Shown: positions 10,861 through 21,652, counted from the first letter of the stretch. The stretch is 64,000 nt of DNA from Abditibacterium sp. (GCA_965199495.1 CBDASK010000003.1:4480001-4544000), one strand, 5' to 3'. Notes: generated by a model from the sequence alone, not told the origin. Translations and numbers: made by a program.

Positions 10861-13131
10861 ATGAAATTCTTAGTTCCCCTCGCTGGCGTTCTCGCCCTCT
10901 CTTTTGTCTCCACAACCGCGAATTCCGCTTTCGCACAGACCAACTGGAAACCCGCCAATGGCCCGCTCATGACGCGCTGGGCCAAAGATGTTTCGCCGAC
11001 CAACGCCCTACCCGAATATCCGCGCCCACAGTTGGCACGCAAAAACTGGCAGAACCTCAATGGTTTGTGGCAATACCAACCCGGTGCCGAAGGCGACGCG
11101 GTGCCATCGGGCCAGAAATTGTCCAGTCAAATCATGGTGCCGTTTCCCGTCGAATCGGCGCTGTCGGGCGTCATGGAACATCACGACCGATTGTGGTATC
11201 GGCGCGATTTCACTGTTCCGCCCGCGTGGAATGGTCAGCGCATTAAATTGAATTTCGGCGCGGTGGATTACGAAGCCGAGGTTTATGTCAACGGCGAAAG
11301 CGTCGCTATCCATCGCGGTGGCTACGAGCCGTTCTCGCTCGATATTACGGATTATTTGAAAGGTAATGGCCCGCAGGAACTGATCGTGCGCGTCTTCGAT
11401 GCGACCGACAAAGCCGGAGAACCGCGCGGCAAGCAGACGCTCAATCCCGGCGGCATCATGTATACGCCAACGACCGGCATCTGGCAGACCGTCTGGCTCG
11501 AACCCGTCGCGCGCACCTCGATTGAAGGTATTCATATGGTGCCCGATATTGATAAGGGCATCCTGAAATTTACCGCGACGGTAGATTCGGCGACGCCAGC
11601 GACTTTGGTGACGGTTCAAATCAAAGACCAAGGCAAACTGCTGCGCACGATTTTGGTGAAGCCCGGCGTCGAAGTTTCGATTCCGATGCCCAAAGCGATT
11701 TTGTGGTCGCCCGAACATCCGTTTCTCTACGACATTGACGTGACATTGCGCAACGGCAAGCAGACCGTTGATCAGGTTTCGAGCTATTTCGGAATGCGCA
11801 AAATTTCGCTGGGCAAAGTCAACGGCATCACGCGTATCATGCTGAATAATGCGCCGGTGTTTAATATGGGGCCGCTCGATCAGGGTTTTTGGCCCGATGG
11901 ACTTTACACCGCGCCGACCGATGACGCGCTGAAATACGATATTGCGGCCGAGAAGTTGATGGGCTTTAACATGGTGCGCAAGCACATCAAAGTCGAGCCA
12001 GCGCGCTGGTATTACTGGGCCGACAAATTGGGCATCATGGTGTGGCAGGATATGCCTTCGCCCAACTCCTATTTGGGCAACGCGCCGCCGGTTGATAAAG
12101 CCGCCTTCGAGAAGCAGATCGAGAAAGTCATAGAGGCGCACTGGAATTCGCCCGCGATTATTTCGTGGGTCATGATCAACGAAGGTCAGGGCGCCTACGA
12201 CGAGCCGAAGTTTGTTGCAATCGCCCGCAAAACCGACGATTCGCGTTTGATTAACCGGCATAGCGGCGGCGGCAATGACGGCCCGCCCAAAGGCGAAGTC
12301 GGCGATATTGACGACGTTCACGTTTATCCGGCGCCCGGCGCGCCCAATCCCAGCCCGAATCAGGCGATTGTCTGCGGCGAATATGGCGGCATCGGTTTCC
12401 CGATCAAAGGCCATATGTGGAAGAACGAAAACTGGGGTTATACCAAAGTTTCGACGCCCAAAGAGATGGAAGAGCAATACGGCGAATATACGGGAATGCT
12501 CAAGCAAATGATGGACGAAAAAGGGTTGAGCGGCGCGGTTTATACGCAGACAACCGATGTCGAAGTCGAAACCAACGGTTTGATGACCTACGACCGCATC
12601 TTCAAATGCGATCCGGCGCAAATTGCGCTCGCCAACCGTTTTGGCTATCCGCAACCGACGTATCTGCCGATTGCGGCGGCTTCGATTCCCCAGCCGCAAA
12701 CTTGGAAGACGACAACAGATGCGCCGCCCGATAGTTGGAACCAGCCGAACTTTGACGACAGCAATTGGCAAAGCGCACCCGGCGCGTTCGGCGGCAAAAT
12801 GGAAGGCGGCCCCAAGATTAACAGCCCGTGGAATTCCAGCGATATTTGGCTGCGTCGCACGTTCCAAGTCGGCAATCTGAGCGCGGCGGAAATTGATCAA
12901 TTGGTATTGCACCAATATCACGACGATGGCGTCGAGATTTATATCAACGGCGTTTTGGCCTACAAGGACGGCGGCGCAACCCACGATTATACCAACGTGC
13001 AAATCTCGCCGGAAGCCAAAGCCGCGATTAAGCCGGGCGCAACGAACGTTTTGGCGGTTCACTGCCACGATAACGCTGGCGACCGGCACGTTGATGTCGG
13101 TCTCTATCGTCGCATTCCGCCAACGAAGTAA
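10861..13131 (+). CDS. GH2 glycoside hydrolase with C-terminal beta-sandwich domain
   Basis: YPRPQL, LNFGAVDY, LDQGFWPDG, RKHIKVEP, NEG and GEYGG motifs. Confidence 0.92.
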   Translation: MKFLVPLAGVLALSFVSTTANSAFAQTNWKPANGPLMTRWAKDVSPTNALPEYPRPQLARKNWQNLNGLWQYQPGAEGDAVPSGQKLSSQIMVPFPVESALSGVMEHHDRLWYRRDFTVPPAWNGQRIKLNFGAVDYEAEVYVNGESVAIHRGGYEPFSLDITDYLKGNGPQELIVRVFDATDKAGEPRGKQTLNPGGIMYTPTTGIWQTVWLEPVARTSIEGIHMVPDIDKGILKFTATVDSATPATLVTVQIKDQGKLLRTILVKPGVEVSIPMPKAILWSPEHPFLYDIDVTLRNGKQTVDQVSSYFGMRKISLGKVNGITRIMLNNAPVFNMGPLDQGFWPDGLYTAPTDDALKYDIAAEKLMGFNMVRKHIKVEPARWYYWADKLGIMVWQDMPSPNSYLGNAPPVDKAAFEKQIEKVIEAHWNSPAIISWVMINEGQGAYDEPKFVAIARKTDDSRLINRHSGGGNDGPPKGEVGDIDDVHVYPAPGAPNPSPNQAIVCGEYGGIGFPIKGHMWKNENWGYTKVSTPKEMEEQYGEYTGMLKQMMDEKGLSGAVYTQTTDVEVETNGLMTYDRIFKCDPAQIALANRFGYPQPTYLPIAAASIPQPQTWKTTTDAPPDSWNQPNFDDSNWQSAPGAFGGKMEGGPKINSPWNSSDIWLRRTFQVGNLSAAEIDQLVLHQYHDDGVEIYINGVLAYKDGGATHDYTNVQISPEAKAAIKPGATNVLAVHCHDNAGDRHVDVGLYRRIPPTK

Positions 13132-13135
13132 CGTC

Positions 13136-13262
13136 AAAGTCTGAATGCCCCGGAGAGACACTGATTTATCGTGTCTAAAACGTCGAACTGGCTTCAAATT
13201 TAGTAAGCCCATTACCGTTTTAGACACGATAAATCAGTGTCTCTCCGGGGCATTCAGACTTT
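13136..13262. repeat. REP/REPIN-like inverted repeat, family A, with extended arms
   Basis: About 47-bp inverted arms aaagtctgaatgccccggagagacactg../..cagtgtctctccggggcattcagacttt. Confidence 0.85.
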
Positions 13263-13297
13263 AACCACTCATAAAATATCGCTATCCTCAAACACCA

Positions 13298-15364
13298 ATG
13301 GCCCAATCGCTCCATGTCCCCTCTGGCGAAGTCGTTGATTCGCCCACGCCAACAGCAGCCACGGCGCGCGCTGGAGGCGTGACGTTTCGCGTGGTCGTTC
13401 TCTGTTTGCTGCTGGCCTTCGCCTTCGGCTATTTACTGCCGGTCATTGATTACAAGCTCTACAACACGTTTTTGGGCGCGACGCACTTGCCGCCCGGCGC
13501 GGTCGGCGTGTTGATGATTTTGTTATTGGTCATCAATCCGTTGTTGAAGTTGCTCTCGAAAAATTGGGCATTTTCGCGCGAAGAATCGCTGACGGTTTAT
13601 ATTTCGTGCCTGTTTTCCAGCTTGGTGCCCGGACACGGCGCCGAAACTTTGATCGTTCCGTCGCTGGTCACGCCGTTTTACTACGCGACGCGCGAGAACA
13701 AATGGCTCGACTGGCTGCAACCCTATCTCAAACCGTGGCTGACTCCGGCGCTCAATCCCGATCATAGCTACAACGCGGCGGTCGCGAACGGTTGGTTCAA
13801 CGGCTTGCAACCGGGCGTAGCCATTCCGTGGGGGGCGTGGCTGATACCGCTCGCCGTGTGGATGAGCATGGTTTTGGTTTCGTATGGCATGATGGCGTGC
13901 CTGAGCGTGATACTGCGCCGCCAGTGGGCGGGCAACGAAGCGCTCGCATTTCCGCTTTTGCGTTTGCCGCTCGAAATGGTCGAGCAATCCACGACTTCGG
14001 TTCGTGGCAACGACGGCGTTTCGTTCTGGCGCAACAACTTGATGTGGTGCGGTTTCGGCCTCGTCTTTTTCATCCAAACGATTCGCGGCTTGCACACCTA
14101 TTTCCCCGATGTCCCCGATTTTCCGCTCGATCTCAATTTGAATCCGTATCTGAGCGAACCGCCGTGGAATCAGATGGACGGCATTTACGTGCAGATTTTT
14201 CCCATCGCCATCGGCATTACTTATCTTTTGTCGTCGGAAGTAGCTTTGTCGCTGTGGACGGGTTATTGGTTCATCAAGCTGCAATATATCGTCGCTTATT
14301 ATTGCGGCTATCGCGTTTCGGGCTTGCCGTCGTCGGGCTTTTCCTATGGCAAGGCGTTCGCGTTTTTTCAGGTTCAGGGCGCCTACTGGATGTATGTCGG
14401 ATTGCTGATGTGGACGGCGCGCCATCATCTGCGCGCTGTCTTCTTGCGCGCCATCGGACGCACGCCAGCCGATGCCGAAGAACACACCGAGATGATGAGT
14501 TATCCGTTCGCGTTCTGGGGTTTCGTGACGTGCTTTGCGATTCTCACCGGTTTCGCGGTTTTGGCGGGCGTGCGCCTCGACATCGCCTTGACTTTATGGA
14601 TTTGCTATCTGGCGTTCGCCATCGCTCTGACGCGCGTGGCTGTCGAAGGCGGTTTGCTGATGCTGCTCCATGATTCCGCGCCGATTGGCGCTCTGGCGCG
14701 CCTGCTGCCGGGCGGCGGAGCGGGCTGGCTGTCGCTGAAAAACGGATTGATGCCCGCCGCGCTGATTCAGGACGGTTTTATTATCCATATGCGCGGTTTT
14801 ATCACGCCGTCGTTTTTGCACGCATTTAAACTGGCGCACGATCAAAAAATCGCGCCGCGCCGTTTGGGCGGCTTGCTGACGGGCGTGATTTTCATCTCGG
14901 TCGTGGTTTCATGGATAACCTGCGTTCATTTGGGCTACGACAATGGTGGACTGACTTTAGCCAACACCGGGTGGTCGAAGGTGCTGTCGAACAAGTCCAT
15001 CGAATTCGTGACGACGATGACGAACGATCCCAAAACGTCGTCTTCGTTCAACATTTTCTGGTTTAGCTTCGGCTCGCTCATCACCTTTGGCATGATGTTC
15101 GCGCGCGCGCGTTTGAGCTGGTTTCCGTTCCATCCGGCGGGCTATCTGATGAGCCTGACGTGGCCGGGCGCGGCGCTGTGGTCTTCGATTTTTATCGGTT
15201 GGATCGTTAAATCCATTATCATGCGCTACGGCGGCCCCGATACGTATCGTCGCGCGACGCCGTTTTTTCTGGGCTTAGCTCTGGGCGATGTCGCCAGTGT
15301 TTTACTGTGGCTCGCCATTGACGGCTGGCAAGGACATACACTTCATATGTTGATGCCCGATTAA
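13298..15364 (+). CDS. Polytopic membrane protein, DUF6785/DUF6784-like (putative transporter)
   Basis: Many TM segments; LRRQW..E.LAFPL, WFPFHPAGY, RYGG..YRR..PFFLGL motifs. Confidence 0.7.
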   Translation: MAQSLHVPSGEVVDSPTPTAATARAGGVTFRVVVLCLLLAFAFGYLLPVIDYKLYNTFLGATHLPPGAVGVLMILLLVINPLLKLLSKNWAFSREESLTVYISCLFSSLVPGHGAETLIVPSLVTPFYYATRENKWLDWLQPYLKPWLTPALNPDHSYNAAVANGWFNGLQPGVAIPWGAWLIPLAVWMSMVLVSYGMMACLSVILRRQWAGNEALAFPLLRLPLEMVEQSTTSVRGNDGVSFWRNNLMWCGFGLVFFIQTIRGLHTYFPDVPDFPLDLNLNPYLSEPPWNQMDGIYVQIFPIAIGITYLLSSEVALSLWTGYWFIKLQYIVAYYCGYRVSGLPSSGFSYGKAFAFFQVQGAYWMYVGLLMWTARHHLRAVFLRAIGRTPADAEEHTEMMSYPFAFWGFVTCFAILTGFAVLAGVRLDIALTLWICYLAFAIALTRVAVEGGLLMLLHDSAPIGALARLLPGGGAGWLSLKNGLMPAALIQDGFIIHMRGFITPSFLHAFKLAHDQKIAPRRLGGLLTGVIFISVVVSWITCVHLGYDNGGLTLANTGWSKVLSNKSIEFVTTMTNDPKTSSSFNIFWFSFGSLITFGMMFARARLSWFPFHPAGYLMSLTWPGAALWSSIFIGWIVKSIIMRYGGPDTYRRATPFFLGLALGDVASVLLWLAIDGWQGHTLHMLMPD

Positions 15365-15402
15365 ATTCAGTTCTCTCCACTCAATTTCGACAAAATCTTC
15401 CA

Positions 15403-16848
15403 ATGAAACCTCTCGCCTTACTCTGCGGTTGCGCCGCCGTGGCTGCTTGCACCCGCACCATCAGCCACGCCGCGCCGCAAGTGGCTCCTTCACCAATGAA
15501 CTCTTCCATCTCTTTCCCGACCGTGCGCGTCGCGCCCGAAAAACGCCATTTCCAAAGTCCGGCCATCGAAGCCGCCATCAGCGAATTTCAAAACCATGTC
15601 GCCGATCCAAAATTGGGCTGGCTTTTCAATAACGCTTTCCCCAATACGCTCGATACCACCGTCACACTCGAAACCGAGAATAATCGGCCCAGCACCTACG
15701 TCATCACCGGCGACATAGACGCGATGTGGCTGCGCGACAGCAGCGCGCAGGTTTGGCCTTACCTGAAGTTCGCCAAACGCGACCCGAAACTGCAACAGCT
15801 CATCGCGGGCGTGATTAATAAGCAGACGCAATTCGTTTTGAAAGACCCTTACGCCAACGCGTTTTTCAACGATCCGACCGAAGTTTCGCAGTGGCAGAGC
15901 GACCACACCAAAATGACGCCCGGCGTTCACGAGCGCAAATGGGAAATTGATTCGTTGTGCTACCCGATTCGTCTGGCTTACAATTACTGGAAAACGACCG
16001 GCGACACCGCGCCGTTTGATGAGAATTGGAACCAGGCAATTCGCGCGACGCTGCAAACCTTTCGCGAGCAGCAACGCAAAGAGAATCGCGGGCCGTATCG
16101 CTTCCAGCGCAACACCGCTCAAGCAACCGATACCCAGCCGATGAGCGGCTACGGTTATCCGGTCAATCCTGTCGGTTTGATCAGTTCGGCGTTTCGGCCC
16201 AGCGACGACGCGACGATTTTTTCGTTTCTGGTGCCGTCCAATTTCTTCGCCGTCGTCAGCCTGCGCGAAGCCGCCGAAATGCAGGACACCTTGCCAACCG
16301 GCGATAAACAATTGGCGAACGAACTGCGGGCGCTGGCAAGCGAAGTCGAGACGGCGCTGCAAAAATATGCGATTGTCGAGCATCCCAAATACGGCAAAAT
16401 TTACGCGTTTGAAGTGGACGGTTTCGGCGGCCATTTGCTGATGGACGACGCTAATGTGCCGAGTTTGTTGTCGTTGCCCTATCTGGGCGCAGTCAAAGCC
16501 GACGACCCGATTTATCTCAACACGCGCCGTTTTGTGCTTTCGACCGACAATCCGTTCTTTTATAAGGGCACCGCCGCCGAAGGCATCGGCGGCCCACACG
16601 TCGGACAAGACATGATTTGGCCGATGGCGATCACCATGCGCGCGCTGACCAGCCACGATGACAACGAAATTCGGGCGGCGATTCAAATGCTGAAAAATAC
16701 CGATGCGGACACCGGCTTTATGCACGAAACCTTCAACAAAAACGATCCGTCCAAGTTTTCGCGCTCGTGGTTCGCGTGGGCCAACACGCTGTTTGGCGAA
16801 CTGCTGTGGAAAACCTATCAGGAAAAACCGGGGTTGCTCAAAAATTAA
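15403..16848 (+). CDS. GH125 exo-alpha-1,6-mannosidase
   Basis: TGDIDAMWLRDS, ERKWEIDS, FRPSDDA, MDDANVPSLL, WFAWAN. Confidence 0.95.
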   Translation: MKPLALLCGCAAVAACTRTISHAAPQVAPSPMNSSISFPTVRVAPEKRHFQSPAIEAAISEFQNHVADPKLGWLFNNAFPNTLDTTVTLETENNRPSTYVITGDIDAMWLRDSSAQVWPYLKFAKRDPKLQQLIAGVINKQTQFVLKDPYANAFFNDPTEVSQWQSDHTKMTPGVHERKWEIDSLCYPIRLAYNYWKTTGDTAPFDENWNQAIRATLQTFREQQRKENRGPYRFQRNTAQATDTQPMSGYGYPVNPVGLISSAFRPSDDATIFSFLVPSNFFAVVSLREAAEMQDTLPTGDKQLANELRALASEVETALQKYAIVEHPKYGKIYAFEVDGFGGHLLMDDANVPSLLSLPYLGAVKADDPIYLNTRRFVLSTDNPFFYKGTAAEGIGGPHVGQDMIWPMAITMRALTSHDDNEIRAAIQMLKNTDADTGFMHETFNKNDPSKFSRSWFAWANTLFGELLWKTYQEKPGLLKN

Positions 16849-16926
16849 GCGGAGCGACTCGCAATTCAAAGCGCAAACAGCGACAGGAGTCAGGTTTTGG
16901 CACGCCTTTGGCTTTTCCGTGGTTTC

Positions 16927-17283
16927 ATGTCCAACACCGACAAACAACAAGAAACCTTGGAAGAGTTCCGCAAAGCCGTCAACATGGCGCCCAAAGAACT
17001 GGAAGACTTTCTCAAAACCGACGAATCGAAAAAAGTCGGTTACAAAGGCGAAGATGGCGACGACGAATCGAAAGAATCGGTCGGCCACCAATCGGGCGAG
17101 CGCATCGTCGAGATTCTGCACCGCCACAAAGCCGATTATACCGACGACGATTACGATCACATGAGAAAAGTCGTCGGCTACGTTCACCGACATCTGGCGC
17201 AAAAGCCGAGCAAAGAGGAAATCGAAACTTCCAATTGGCGTTACTCTCTGATGAACTGGGGACACGACCCGTTGAAGAATTAA
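16927..17283 (+). CDS. DUF3140-family protein
   Basis: VNM..EL, ESVGHQSG, HMRKVVGYVHRHLAQ, WRYSLMNWGHDP. Confidence 0.85.
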   Translation: MSNTDKQQETLEEFRKAVNMAPKELEDFLKTDESKKVGYKGEDGDDESKESVGHQSGERIVEILHRHKADYTDDDYDHMRKVVGYVHRHLAQKPSKEEIETSNWRYSLMNWGHDPLKN

Positions 17284-17328
17284 AAACAAAACTCCCGCTT
17301 CGATGGAACGAAGCGGGCGTTTTGGTTT
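17283..17328. terminator. Bidirectional terminator
   Basis: cccgcttcg/cgaagcggg stem flanked by A and T tracts. Confidence 0.7.
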
Positions 17329-17335
17329 GTAGCGA

Positions 17336-18202
17336 CTATTTTACCGGGCCGCGCTGTGGCAATGGTAGGACGTGAAAACCGGATGACGGTTCGCCCGGCT
17401 TGCCGGGAACGGGCAACGGCATATTGTAGAACGGCTGACCGTTGAACTCGCGTTTTTCCCCGTTGGGCAACGGCTGAAGGCGCCCGAAGTTTTTCGGCCA
17501 GGTAAAATCGGGGGCGATACGTGGCAATGTCCGATCTCGCTCCGACAAAAAAGGGACGCCATCGAACGGAGGCGGAACAACGCGTAAATCTTTGGAAGGC
17601 GGCAGCAAATCGAAGCGCTGCCAGGTGCCATCGGGCATTTGAAAATAATTTGTCGGGCCGTTGGTCACAATGGGTTTAGCGGCGAAGAAATAGGTGCCCG
17701 CCGCCGATTTCCATTTTTCAATCGCTTCGCCACGAATCAGCGCCTCGCTCACATCATCGAACGCGTCGTCTTTGACGGCGTTGAAAATAAACGAACGCGT
17801 TGTGGCCGGAAGAAATTTAATTTCGGGATCGATGACGATGCGAACGCCCAAAACTTTGGCGAGTTGGCGCAACGCCTGACCAGTGTCTTGCCGCACGATT
17901 TCGATGGCGAAATTTGACTTCGACGTTTTCAGCCGCGTGCCCGCCGGTTGGTTCTGATCGAAATGGGGAAAAGATTCGCTGGCATCGGGAAACAATCCCA
18001 ACTGAATTCTATCCTTCTTGTCCACCTGAACGCTCCCGCCATCGCGTCGAGGCGCGAACGCGTCAGGCGCGCGCAGTAGCGGCCCAAAATCAGGGGCGTT
18101 CTTTAGTTGAACGCCGTAATCGTCATCGGCAACGAACTGAGCATTGGCCGTGGCTGCCAATGCAGCCACGGCGGCAAGGGCGATTAAAATTGGGGTTTTC
18201 AT
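17336..18202 (-). CDS. Secreted hypothetical protein, tandem paralog 3
   Basis: Signal MKTPILIALAAVAALAATANAQ; GTYFF and KREFNG motifs shared with neighbours. Confidence 0.85.
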   Translation of the reverse strand: MKTPILIALAAVAALAATANAQFVADDDYGVQLKNAPDFGPLLRAPDAFAPRRDGGSVQVDKKDRIQLGLFPDASESFPHFDQNQPAGTRLKTSKSNFAIEIVRQDTGQALRQLAKVLGVRIVIDPEIKFLPATTRSFIFNAVKDDAFDDVSEALIRGEAIEKWKSAAGTYFFAAKPIVTNGPTNYFQMPDGTWQRFDLLPPSKDLRVVPPPFDGVPFLSERDRTLPRIAPDFTWPKNFGRLQPLPNGEKREFNGQPFYNMPLPVPGKPGEPSSGFHVLPLPQRGPVK

Positions 18203-18210
18203 GTCTTTGG

Positions 18211-18990
18211 TTATTTGGCCAAATCCGATTGAGGCAAACCGGGGATATAATAAAATTCGTGTCCGTTGAACTCGCGCTTTTGCCAGTTCGGTTGCGGCTC
18301 GACGGACCGACCAAAATAATCCTTTGGGTTTAAACCTCCGTTGGGATAAACAAACGGATCATAGCGCGGATCGTTGAGCAACTTTTCGCGTTCAAGTTGA
18401 TACTTCTTTCCTTGTTCGTCCAAATCTTGCATTAGCTTCTCAATCGCGCGATTGGGCACCGCCGCAAAAAAGTATGTGCCCGCCGACGATTTCCACATTT
18501 CAGCGCCGCCGATTTTCAACAAATCTTCCCAAGTCGCGGCGCGCACAACTGCGAGACTATAACGCGAGTTCTTCAATACCGGATCAATTACGGCATTTAT
18601 GCCCATAACCGACGTTATGGTAGCCAAAACATCAAACGTACTTTGGCGTACAATCTCAGCTTGAAAAATCTCGCCGCGATAGGTTTGCAAAACCCGAATT
18701 TTGGTGCCAGCCGCTTGAGCCGTATTGAGCTTTGGATAAGCGGGCAACTTTGGATCAAACATCAACTGAACGTCTAAAGGCAGTTTGTCAAGCGGAATCG
18801 GTAATTCACCTGTCCATTGCGGCGGCACGAACTCTTCACCATTCAACTGAATCGGTGCGTGGAATAATGGGCCAATATTAGGAATATCTCGCAACGGAAC
18901 ACCGTCGTTGTTATTCGGAACTGTTTGCGCGTTCGCCGTGGCTGCCAGAGCAGCCACGGCGCCAAGGGCGAAGAGAATTTGGGTTTTCAT
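18211..18990 (-). CDS. Secreted hypothetical protein, tandem paralog 2
   Basis: Same signal peptide; VMGINAVIDP, GTYFF, KREFNGHEFYYIP. Confidence 0.85.
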   Translation of the reverse strand: MKTQILFALGAVAALAATANAQTVPNNNDGVPLRDIPNIGPLFHAPIQLNGEEFVPPQWTGELPIPLDKLPLDVQLMFDPKLPAYPKLNTAQAAGTKIRVLQTYRGEIFQAEIVRQSTFDVLATITSVMGINAVIDPVLKNSRYSLAVVRAATWEDLLKIGGAEMWKSSAGTYFFAAVPNRAIEKLMQDLDEQGKKYQLEREKLLNDPRYDPFVYPNGGLNPKDYFGRSVEPQPNWQKREFNGHEFYYIPGLPQSDLAK

Positions 18991-19009
18991 GTTGTTGTTT
19001 TTCCTTGAT

Positions 19010-19738
19010 TTATTTGGCCGATTTCGGTTGAGGCAGATTGGGAATATAATAAAATTCGTGGCCGTTAAACTCGCGTTTTTCCCAGTGCGGTTGCGGTTCT
19101 ATCGGTCTTCCCATCCGATCTCTGGGATTTAACCCACCGCGCGGAATTACAAACGGGTCGAAATTTGGGTCTTGTCGCAGTTTTTTTTGTTCAGTGGCGT
19201 AATCGTTAGGTTGTGAACTGTAATTGGATGGAATTTTGAGGTTCAAACCAGTGGGTTTGTCACCGAAAAAATAAGTGCCCGACGGTGATTTCACCATCTC
19301 GACTCCAAAGTTGAACGAAGCCAATAATTCGTCCCAACTCAAACCCCGGAAAACTTGTGTGATAGTGAGTTCCTTTTCGAGTTTTGGATCAATAACAGCG
19401 CGCACGCCCATGACATCGGTAATCTTTTTTAAAATAGCCGCCCGACTTTGTTCGTTGGCTTCGAGCTGAAGAATGTCGCCCTTCAGGCTTTTCAACACGC
19501 TCAATTTTAATTTGTCATTGTTGGCGAATCTACGTTTGGGAACTGGCGGCATTTCAGAACCGAAAAGAGGATTTTGTTCAGAGTGCCCAATCTCAATTGA
19601 AAGGCGAAACGATTCGCCGATGTTGGGAATATCTTTCAATTGAACATTGCCGTTTTTGCTGTCGGCAGTTTGCGCATTTGCCGCGCCCGCCAATGCAGCC
19701 ACGGCGCCCAGGGCGATTAAAATTTGAATTTTCATCAT
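19010..19738 (-). CDS. Secreted hypothetical protein, tandem paralog 1
   Basis: Same signal peptide; VMGVRAVIDP, GTYFF, KREFNGHEFYYIP. Confidence 0.85.
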   Translation of the reverse strand: MMKIQILIALGAVAALAGAANAQTADSKNGNVQLKDIPNIGESFRLSIEIGHSEQNPLFGSEMPPVPKRRFANNDKLKLSVLKSLKGDILQLEANEQSRAAILKKITDVMGVRAVIDPKLEKELTITQVFRGLSWDELLASFNFGVEMVKSPSGTYFFGDKPTGLNLKIPSNYSSQPNDYATEQKKLRQDPNFDPFVIPRGGLNPRDRMGRPIEPQPHWEKREFNGHEFYYIPNLPQPKSAK

Positions 19739-19753
19739 AATTTTTCTTATGCA

Positions 19754-19781
19754 ATTATAACGAAATCAAACCAAAAATCAA
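19754..19781 (-). promoter_or_regulatory. Sigma70-like promoter for the paralog cluster
   Basis: Minus strand TTGATT-16 nt-TATAAT, ending 15 nt before the ATG. Confidence 0.5.
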
Positions 19782-19827
19782 GGGCGGCGCCGCACGGGTT
19801 TCAATGCGTTTAAACTTGGCACTTCAA

Positions 19828-21423
19828 ATGGCCGAACCTACCGAAAACGAAATCATCGCCGGACGCCGCGCGCGTCTGGAACAATTGCAAGCCGATGGGC
19901 GCGATCCGTTCGCGCAAACTCGCTTCGAGCGCACGCATTTGGCGGGCGAAATTCACTCGAATTATCCCGAACTCGACGGGCACGACGTGCGCGTGGCTGG
20001 TCGCATCAAGACCAAACGCGGACAAGGCAAAATCTCGTTCGCCGATTTATATGACCCAACCGGCAAAATTCAGGTCGTCGCGCAAATTGATAAATTGGGG
20101 GACGAGAAAATGACCGAATGGCTCAGTTTGGAATTAGGCGATATCGTCGGCATTAGCGGTCAGGTTTTCCAGACCAGACGCGGCGAAACCTCGGTGGCGG
20201 TTTTGGATTTCACATTGCTCGCGACGGCGATTCAGCCGATGCCGGATAAATATCACGGCTTGCAAGATGTCGAACTGCGTTATCGCCAGCGTTACGCGGA
20301 TTTAATCGCCAACGACGAAGTCGTCGAATTGTTCCAAAAGCGCAGCGCCATCGTGCGCGAAATGCGGCGGTTTTTGGACGAGCGCCATTTCATGGAAGTC
20401 GAAACGCCGATGATGCAAGCCATCGCGGGCGGCGCTTCGGCGCGCCCATTTGTGACGCATCACAACGCGCTCGATATGCCGCTTTACCTGCGCATCGCGC
20501 CCGAATTGTATCTCAAGCGTTTGGTCGTCGGCGGGTTGGAGCGCGTTTATGAAATCAATCGCAACTTCCGCAACGAAGGCATCGACACCACGCACAACCC
20601 CGAATTTACTATGATGGAGTGTTATCAGGCGTTCGCCGATTATCACGACATGATGGATTTGACCGAAGCGATGATTAAGCACATCGCGGGCGAGGTCAAC
20701 GGCACAACCGTTATTAATTACGACGACCACGAAATTGATCTGAGCCAAACATGGAAGCGCGCTTCCATGCAGGAATTGGTGCGCGAGAAAATCGGTTTGG
20801 ATTTGAGCGGTTACGCGCTGATTGAGGCGTTCGAGGAACACGTCGAAGGCGAGTTAATCGAGCCGACGTTTGTGATGGATTTTCCGGTGGAAAATTCGCC
20901 ACTCGCCAAGAAAAAAGCCGACGACGAACGGTTTACTTATCGCTTCGAGTTGTTCATCGGCGGCGCCGAAATCGGCAACGCGTTTTCGGAATTGAACGAC
21001 CCGCTCGATCAGGCCGAACGCTTCAAGGCACAGATGAAGGCCAAGGCCAAAGGCGACGAAGAAGCGCAGAGTTATGATACGGATTATCTGCGCGCGCTGC
21101 AATATGGATTGGCGCCATCGGGCGGATTGGGCATCGGCATTGACCGTTTGACGATGCTGCTCACGGGGCAAAACTCGATTCGCGAAGTGATTCTGTTTCC
21201 CTTGCTCAAGCCCGAAATGAACACTGTGGATTCGAGCGCGATTGAAGCCGAATCTTACAACAAGAAAAGAGAGATTCTCACCATCAAATGGAAAAGTGGG
21301 CCGATTTACGCGTATTATGGCGTTGGCCCGAAGGTTTATCGCGAGTTCGAGCAAGCCGAATCGCGCGGCGCGTTTTTGAATGGCGAAATCAAAGGAAAGT
21401 TTGAGGAAGAGAAATTGTTTTGA
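19828..21423 (+). CDS. lysS: Class II lysyl-tRNA synthetase with C-terminal KTSC domain
   Basis: [37 protein letters not shown]; tail [30 protein letters not shown]. Confidence 0.97.
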   Translation: MAEPTENEIIAGRRARLEQLQADGRDPFAQTRFERTHLAGEIHSNYPELDGHDVRVAGRIKTKRGQGKISFADLYDPTGKIQVVAQIDKLGDEKMTEWLSLELGDIVGISGQVFQTRRGETSVAVLDFTLLATAIQPMPDKYHGLQDVELRYRQRYADLIANDEVVELFQKRSAIVREMRRFLDERHFMEVETPMMQAIAGGASARPFVTHHNALDMPLYLRIAPELYLKRLVVGGLERVYEINRNFRNEGIDTTHNPEFTMMECYQAFADYHDMMDLTEAMIKHIAGEVNGTTVINYDDHEIDLSQTWKRASMQELVREKIGLDLSGYALIEAFEEHVEGELIEPTFVMDFPVENSPLAKKKADDERFTYRFELFIGGAEIGNAFSELNDPLDQAERFKAQMKAKAKGDEEAQSYDTDYLRALQYGLAPSGGLGIGIDRLTMLLTGQNSIREVILFPLLKPEMNTVDSSAIEAESYNKKREILTIKWKSGPIYAYYGVGPKVYREFEQAESRGAFLNGEIKGKFEEEKLF

Positions 21424-21429
21424 TCGTTT

Positions 21430-21537
21430 TTCATCGGTGGAGACGCCGATTTATCGCGCCTAAAACGTCGAACTGGCTTCAACCAATTGGCACGCGATAC
21501 ATTTTAGACGCGATAAATCGGCGTCTCTACGGATGAA
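21430..21537. repeat. REP/REPIN-like inverted repeat, family A variant
   Basis: gtggagacgccgatttatcgcg../..cgcgataaatcggcgtctctac. Confidence 0.85.
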
Positions 21538-21652
21538 CTAATTCAACAAAAAGGCGCGACCTCTTTGCAGGGCTTCACTCTAAAAATTGGGGCGTTGCCT
21601 TATAATATGCTGTGCCCTTTTCCGCGCCTCGAAAAATGGGCCGTTTACGCTG

